A DNA stretch of 63,690 bases, counting the filler, from Folioceros fuciformis (taxonomy: Eukaryota), in the NCBI GenBank assembly GCA_049999805.1. It is 13 parts of 13 records of this genome, joined end to end, with 100 filler letters (N's around TTAATTAATTAA, not from the genome) between each part and the next. Parts side by side here need not be neighbours in the genome. Positions count along the whole stretch, not along the records: positions 59,582 to 61,984 come from JBNGIO010004919.1; positions 62,085 to 63,690 come from JBNGIO010004923.1; 11 more parts are not named here. The stretch is one strand, 5' to 3'. Numbering within the stretch: position 1 is the stretch's first letter; each line of letters starts with the position of its first letter. The translations under genes were made by a program, and so were the position numbers. This document shows positions 59,582-63,690 of the stretch, piece after piece. The notes beneath the pieces were generated by a model, which made no database searches, was not told the DNA's origin, and worked only from the letters and a program-made list of their open reading frames with translations.

Positions 59582-60382
59582 GGCTGGGAGAAATGCGCAA
59601 GAGAGGGGGAAAGGGAGGAGGAAGTGGCAACACCGGTAGCGGGACTGTATTGAGGAGGAAAACGGGACAAGAAATCAGCGGAAAGAAGAAGAAAGCAGGC
59701 CTGGTCGGGAATCGGCCGGATCCTGCATCTCGCCCCAGCCTCCTCTCCTGCACACATTCGATCCCATCACCCTCGATCCCTCCTCTTGCCTGCAATCTGG
59801 ATCCAACGAAGAAGAGGCACAAAAGATGGGAAGGGAGATGAGAGGGAAGGGGAAGAAGAAGAAGAAGGGGCAAGAAGGGAATGGAGGAGGAAGGGAGAAA
59901 GGGAGAGAGGGGGAGGGGGATGGGGGCGGCTGCAACCCCTGCCTCTAGCTCTAGCTAGGGCATGGCCTCCATGGCCGTTCATGCTAGCCAAGCAATCAGC
60001 CAGCCTATCGTCAGACCCTGACATACCCAGATACTCGTTCCTATGTTCAAACCCTTATTATATTATTATATAATCATTTAATATTATTTATCTTTAATTA
60101 ATATTAAACTAATCACCAGACCTAGACTCAAACTTTCCCAACCCTATGGCCTGGTACCGAACCTAAACCTTCCCAGGTCTGGGACCAAACCTATACCCAC
60201 TCTTATAACCAAACCAACTATTTCTTGGTCAATTAACCTAATTAGCACAAAGAAAAATAGGAAAAATGACCAAAAAATAAAGAAAAATTAGGGAAAATAA
60301 GTTGAAAAAGAAAACCAAACCATACCACTATTAACCCTTTTTCAACCAAAACAAACTACTACCCTAAACTTTGGAGGTTCAC
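59582..60382. repeat. LTR-like repeat ending GGTTCACA, inserted into the coiled-coil accessory ORF
   Basis: Homology to 26709-26880 and ~13040-13320 (inverted). Confidence 0.65.
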
Positions 60383-61520
60383 ACTAATTTGAAAATACAG
60401 CAAGAGGTGGCCAAGGCTCAGGAGCAGGAGATGGCTGCAATGGAACAAGCTCAGAAGCTGGCGAACGGGTACAAACGGGAGCGGGATGAGGCCAGAGAGC
60501 GAGGAAAAGGGAAGGGCAAAGCTGGGCGTAGTGGTCGGATGACGACGCCGGTAGCCGAAAGGGCTACCGGTAGTCCAATTCCAGAACCAGTAGCCGGAGG
60601 GGTTACTAGTAGTCGTGCTCAAGAACCGATAGCCGGAGGGGCTACCGGTAGTCGAATGGCCACACCGGTAGCCAGGGGGCTACCAGTAGTCGAATGGCCA
60701 CACCGGTAGCCAGGGGGCTACCAGTAGTCGAATGGCCACACCGGTAGCCAGGGGGCTACCAGTAGTCTCGCAACGCCCGAGGGAGTTGAAGGGGCTACCG
60801 GAAGGGGAGCTACGACGCCGGTAGCTGAAGCCACGACCCCAGTAGCCGAAGCAGTAAGGGCAAAGGTGCTTGTGCCTAAGCGTTCCAGGAGGGCGACTCT
60901 CACCAGGCAGACAAAGCTGGGGGAAGCAGTAGCAGCTGGGGGGATGGAGGACTCTCAGGTACCCCAGGAGAGCAGGGGTCAGGCAACCCGAGGTAGCCCA
61001 AGGGAGGAAGGGGTAAGCACCTCCCTTATGACAGAGGGTCAGGTTATGCTGCAGTATGAGGAGGAGGCTTCTTATGTGCCAGGCCTCTATGTGGAGGGAG
61101 CCCGAGTCTGAAGCTGTATTTGTAGGTACGCATGCGCACAGGAGGGACGCGGGGCTACGGCCTACAACTGAAGACCCGTAGGGGCCTCTACTACTACCAC
61201 TGGGGGGTATGGGGGCTGCCTCACTGCTATTCTGAGGCAGTCTTAGAGGAACTGACGGAGGAGGAGGCGCAACGGTGGTTGAACGGGAGCCCGTCCTCAT
61301 CCTCAGTAATCGGCAACGGATGGAGGAGAGGAATTTTCTACAACGGGACCCATCTGCGCCACCGCCAGCGAGGGCCATCAGCAGCAGCAGTGAGGTGGAG
61401 GTCCTGTGGGAGGACCTGCCTGACCAACGGAGGGGCAGGAGGCCCAGAGGCAGACCAATAGGGGGAGGAGCGCAACGGCCAGGAGGAAGGCTCCAGTGGC
61501 AAAGAGGGAGGCGATAGTAA
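60383..61520 (+). pseudogene. C-terminal part of the TE accessory ORF, with 38-bp tandem repeats (60640-60765)
   Basis: TNLKIQQEVAKAQEQEMAAMEQAQKLANGYKRERDEARER matches 44870-45000; CGAATGGC recurs at 60653, 60691 and 60729. Confidence 0.75.
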
Positions 61521-62849
61521 TTACAATCTAGACTAGTTTTTTTTAGATTGTTTTGCTTGGACCTAAGCCGCTCAGAATTTAAGACCGCTGACTGACTCCT
61601 GACAGACTTTATGGCGGAAAGACTGCCACTTCCGTGTACAAGAGGCCAATTTGAGGCCTCGGAAAAATCAGCAAGAAACCAGCCAGACATTCTGACCTTG
61701 TGGAAGCCTAGCAATGGCCGTTGCTGGACAGGAGGTCTAGGCAAGTGAGCGCACGTAGTGTTCTGAAGGTGTGGGTGCAGGTGGTGGATTGTGGACTCCA
61801 CATGCTGAATAGAACCCTGGGAAAGGATAGGTTTTCTTTTTTTTGGATTTGTGAGGAAGTGTTGTAGAGGAAAGGTGGGGAGATTAGGTTAGAATAGTAG
61901 CTAGATTGATGGTGAGTCGATAGGGTAGGTAGGTTGTGTGGTGGATAGGACGTGGGCTCTGGTTCCTGGGGTAAGGTGATGGAGNNNNNNNNNNNNNNNN
62001 NNNNNNNNNNNNNNNNNNNNNNNNNNNNTTAATTAATTAANNNNNNNNNNNNNNNNNNNNNNNNNNNNNNNNNNNNNNNNNNNNTGTCCACTCTTGTTCC
62101 CTGTTTGGACAAGTGCTGTAGGCCGGCCATGGTTTCATGGCGTCTGGTAAGGTTGTGGGGAGGAGATATCCGAGGGGGTGTGGGGGGAGAGTGTGTTCCC
62201 TTCTTTCTCTTCTTTGGGGTTAGTCTAGTGACTCTTGCCGGGTAGGAGGAGTCAATAGGGAAGTGTAGAAGGTAGTGGTGTCATGGTTAGTTGCTGGTGT
62301 TGGTGCTGGAGTGAGAGAGCGAGTGAAGTGAGTGAGGGAAGTCGCAAATCCGAGAGGTTAGGGTCGTTGTAGTGACTAGAGTGAGTTTGTGGGCACCAAG
62401 AGAGGTGCAGCTGACTGCTGGACAACGAGGCTTGTCCTACGCTTGATCGGAGCTGGAGGGGAGCCCTCGAATCCATCATCCAGTCAATTGAGTCCGACCC
62501 TCCATCCACAGCAGCAAGGAACCCCATCGCTCCTTCGTGGGAACGAAACCCAATGTCTCAACGGCAGTGGGATAAGTGTGGCCACTAAAGGTGGAACCCG
62601 TCGGCAATCAGTGCCCGGGGTTTTGCCTCCACAAAACTATATAACTATACCTAACCTAACTCTTGAGTGGGAGTGAAACAATACATATATATATAGTATA
62701 GTTAAGGTCCAGTCATTAGGTTAAGTAGGTTTTAATAAACATGACCTAATACGGCCGGTATTATGGTTGTAACTGTTCATGATGCGGTGACACATAAGAC
62801 CTATGCGTTGCCACCTAATAGAACACAATCTTACGATCCAAAACTTTCC

Positions 62850-63200
62850 AGTACCCCACCCAAGATTCTGAAATTAAGGCCATAGGTGTTGTCCCTTATG
62901 CCAAAGCTGTCGGCTGTCTTATCTTTATCTCGAACTAGACTCGTCCAGGTATATCTTACTTAGTTAGTATGGTCAGTCAAATCCTAAAGAATCCAGGCAA
63001 AACCTCATTGGGCAGCAGTTAAACGCATTTATCGGTATTTGAAGGGAACTATTTCCCTTTGTCTACATTATATAGCCACAAGCAATACGGCTATGACCCT
63101 TACCTCCTGGGCTGATGACTGGGCCTCTAATGTAGATACTTGATGCAGTTTGTCTACATATGTGTTTGTGGGGGAAAATATTGCACCCGGGGGTGCTGCA
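62850..63200 (+). mobile_element. Degenerate copia RT-RNase H fragment
   Basis: PYAKAVGCLIF...TRPGISY...HWAAVKRIYRYLKGT...DDWAS. Confidence 0.75.
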
Positions 63201-63690
63201 AGGTCCACACAAACCCTCTTTGTTGTTATAGCACTGGGATTCGATCCCAAGGGAATGATTTGTGTCAAATAACACAGGTTTCTTCTCAAACTTAGTTACT
63301 ACCTAGGTTGGACTTCAACTACCCCAGCTCCACTACCTACAGGTTCAACTACCCCTACCTCCGTCCCTGGACTACTTAACAGACCTACTCAGCTACTAGG
63401 GTGGGGGTCTCTACAACTACCGATCCTTCAACTACCGAGGTAGGGGCTCAACTACCGGTAGCCGCTTCGGCTACCTCTATGTTGGGTCCCACCCCAAACC
63501 CTAACTAATTATTTCCGGCGCAGGCACTGCCGCGGGTTTCCACCCACGGGTTTTTGCCCTAGACCTTCCAAACTCATAGAGCTAGCTTATTCCATGCTCC
63601 CCACACATGCAAGGGCTGATCCTTGGGGAACAAATCCTTGCGGATCAGCCACACCTCCCCACACACTCATGCAACATTCCACACACACAA

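Noticed and set aside
60680-61801. 373-aa minus-strand ORF
   Set aside because: Antisense to the TE accessory ORF and its repeats; no domain signal.
7478-62084. Twelve regularly recurring TTAATTAATTAA palindromes as a biological repeat or CRISPR-like array
   Set aside because: Each is embedded in fixed N44 flanks and is an artificial six-frame-stop contig linker.

Overview
Eukaryotic land-plant nuclear DNA, most likely a hornwort. The evidence is a LEAFY with the Q-C-H specificity triad and a DYW:KP-type PPR gene. The window is 13 contigs joined by 12 identical artificial 100-nt spacers (N44-TTAATTAATTAA-N44), so adjacency across gaps is not evidence. There are two gene islands. Island 1 (1-7477) holds a 3-exon LEAFY, divergent from a decayed PLS-PPR/E/DYW:KP gene; that gene appears to carry an N-terminal OSB-type PDF ssDNA-binding motif fused to the PPR array. 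Island 2 (47607-54830) holds a DBP9/DDX56 helicase 3' pseudogene fragment, a 23-bp minisatellite, SCO1/HCC1 head-to-head with an intronless CLPR4, and a SAUL1/PUB43-44-like U-box pseudogene. The rest is nested, decayed retroelements. These are mostly Ty1/copia, several with an unexplained coiled-coil ORF between PBS and gag and one with a half-tRNA-type PBS. There is also a gypsy integrase fragment, a repeated TE accessory-ORF family, and a 5'-truncated RNase H-containing LINE with a (TAAA)n tail and 10-bp TSD that looks Tad1 (fungal)-like. All family assignments are from motif recognition by eye; no searches were run.
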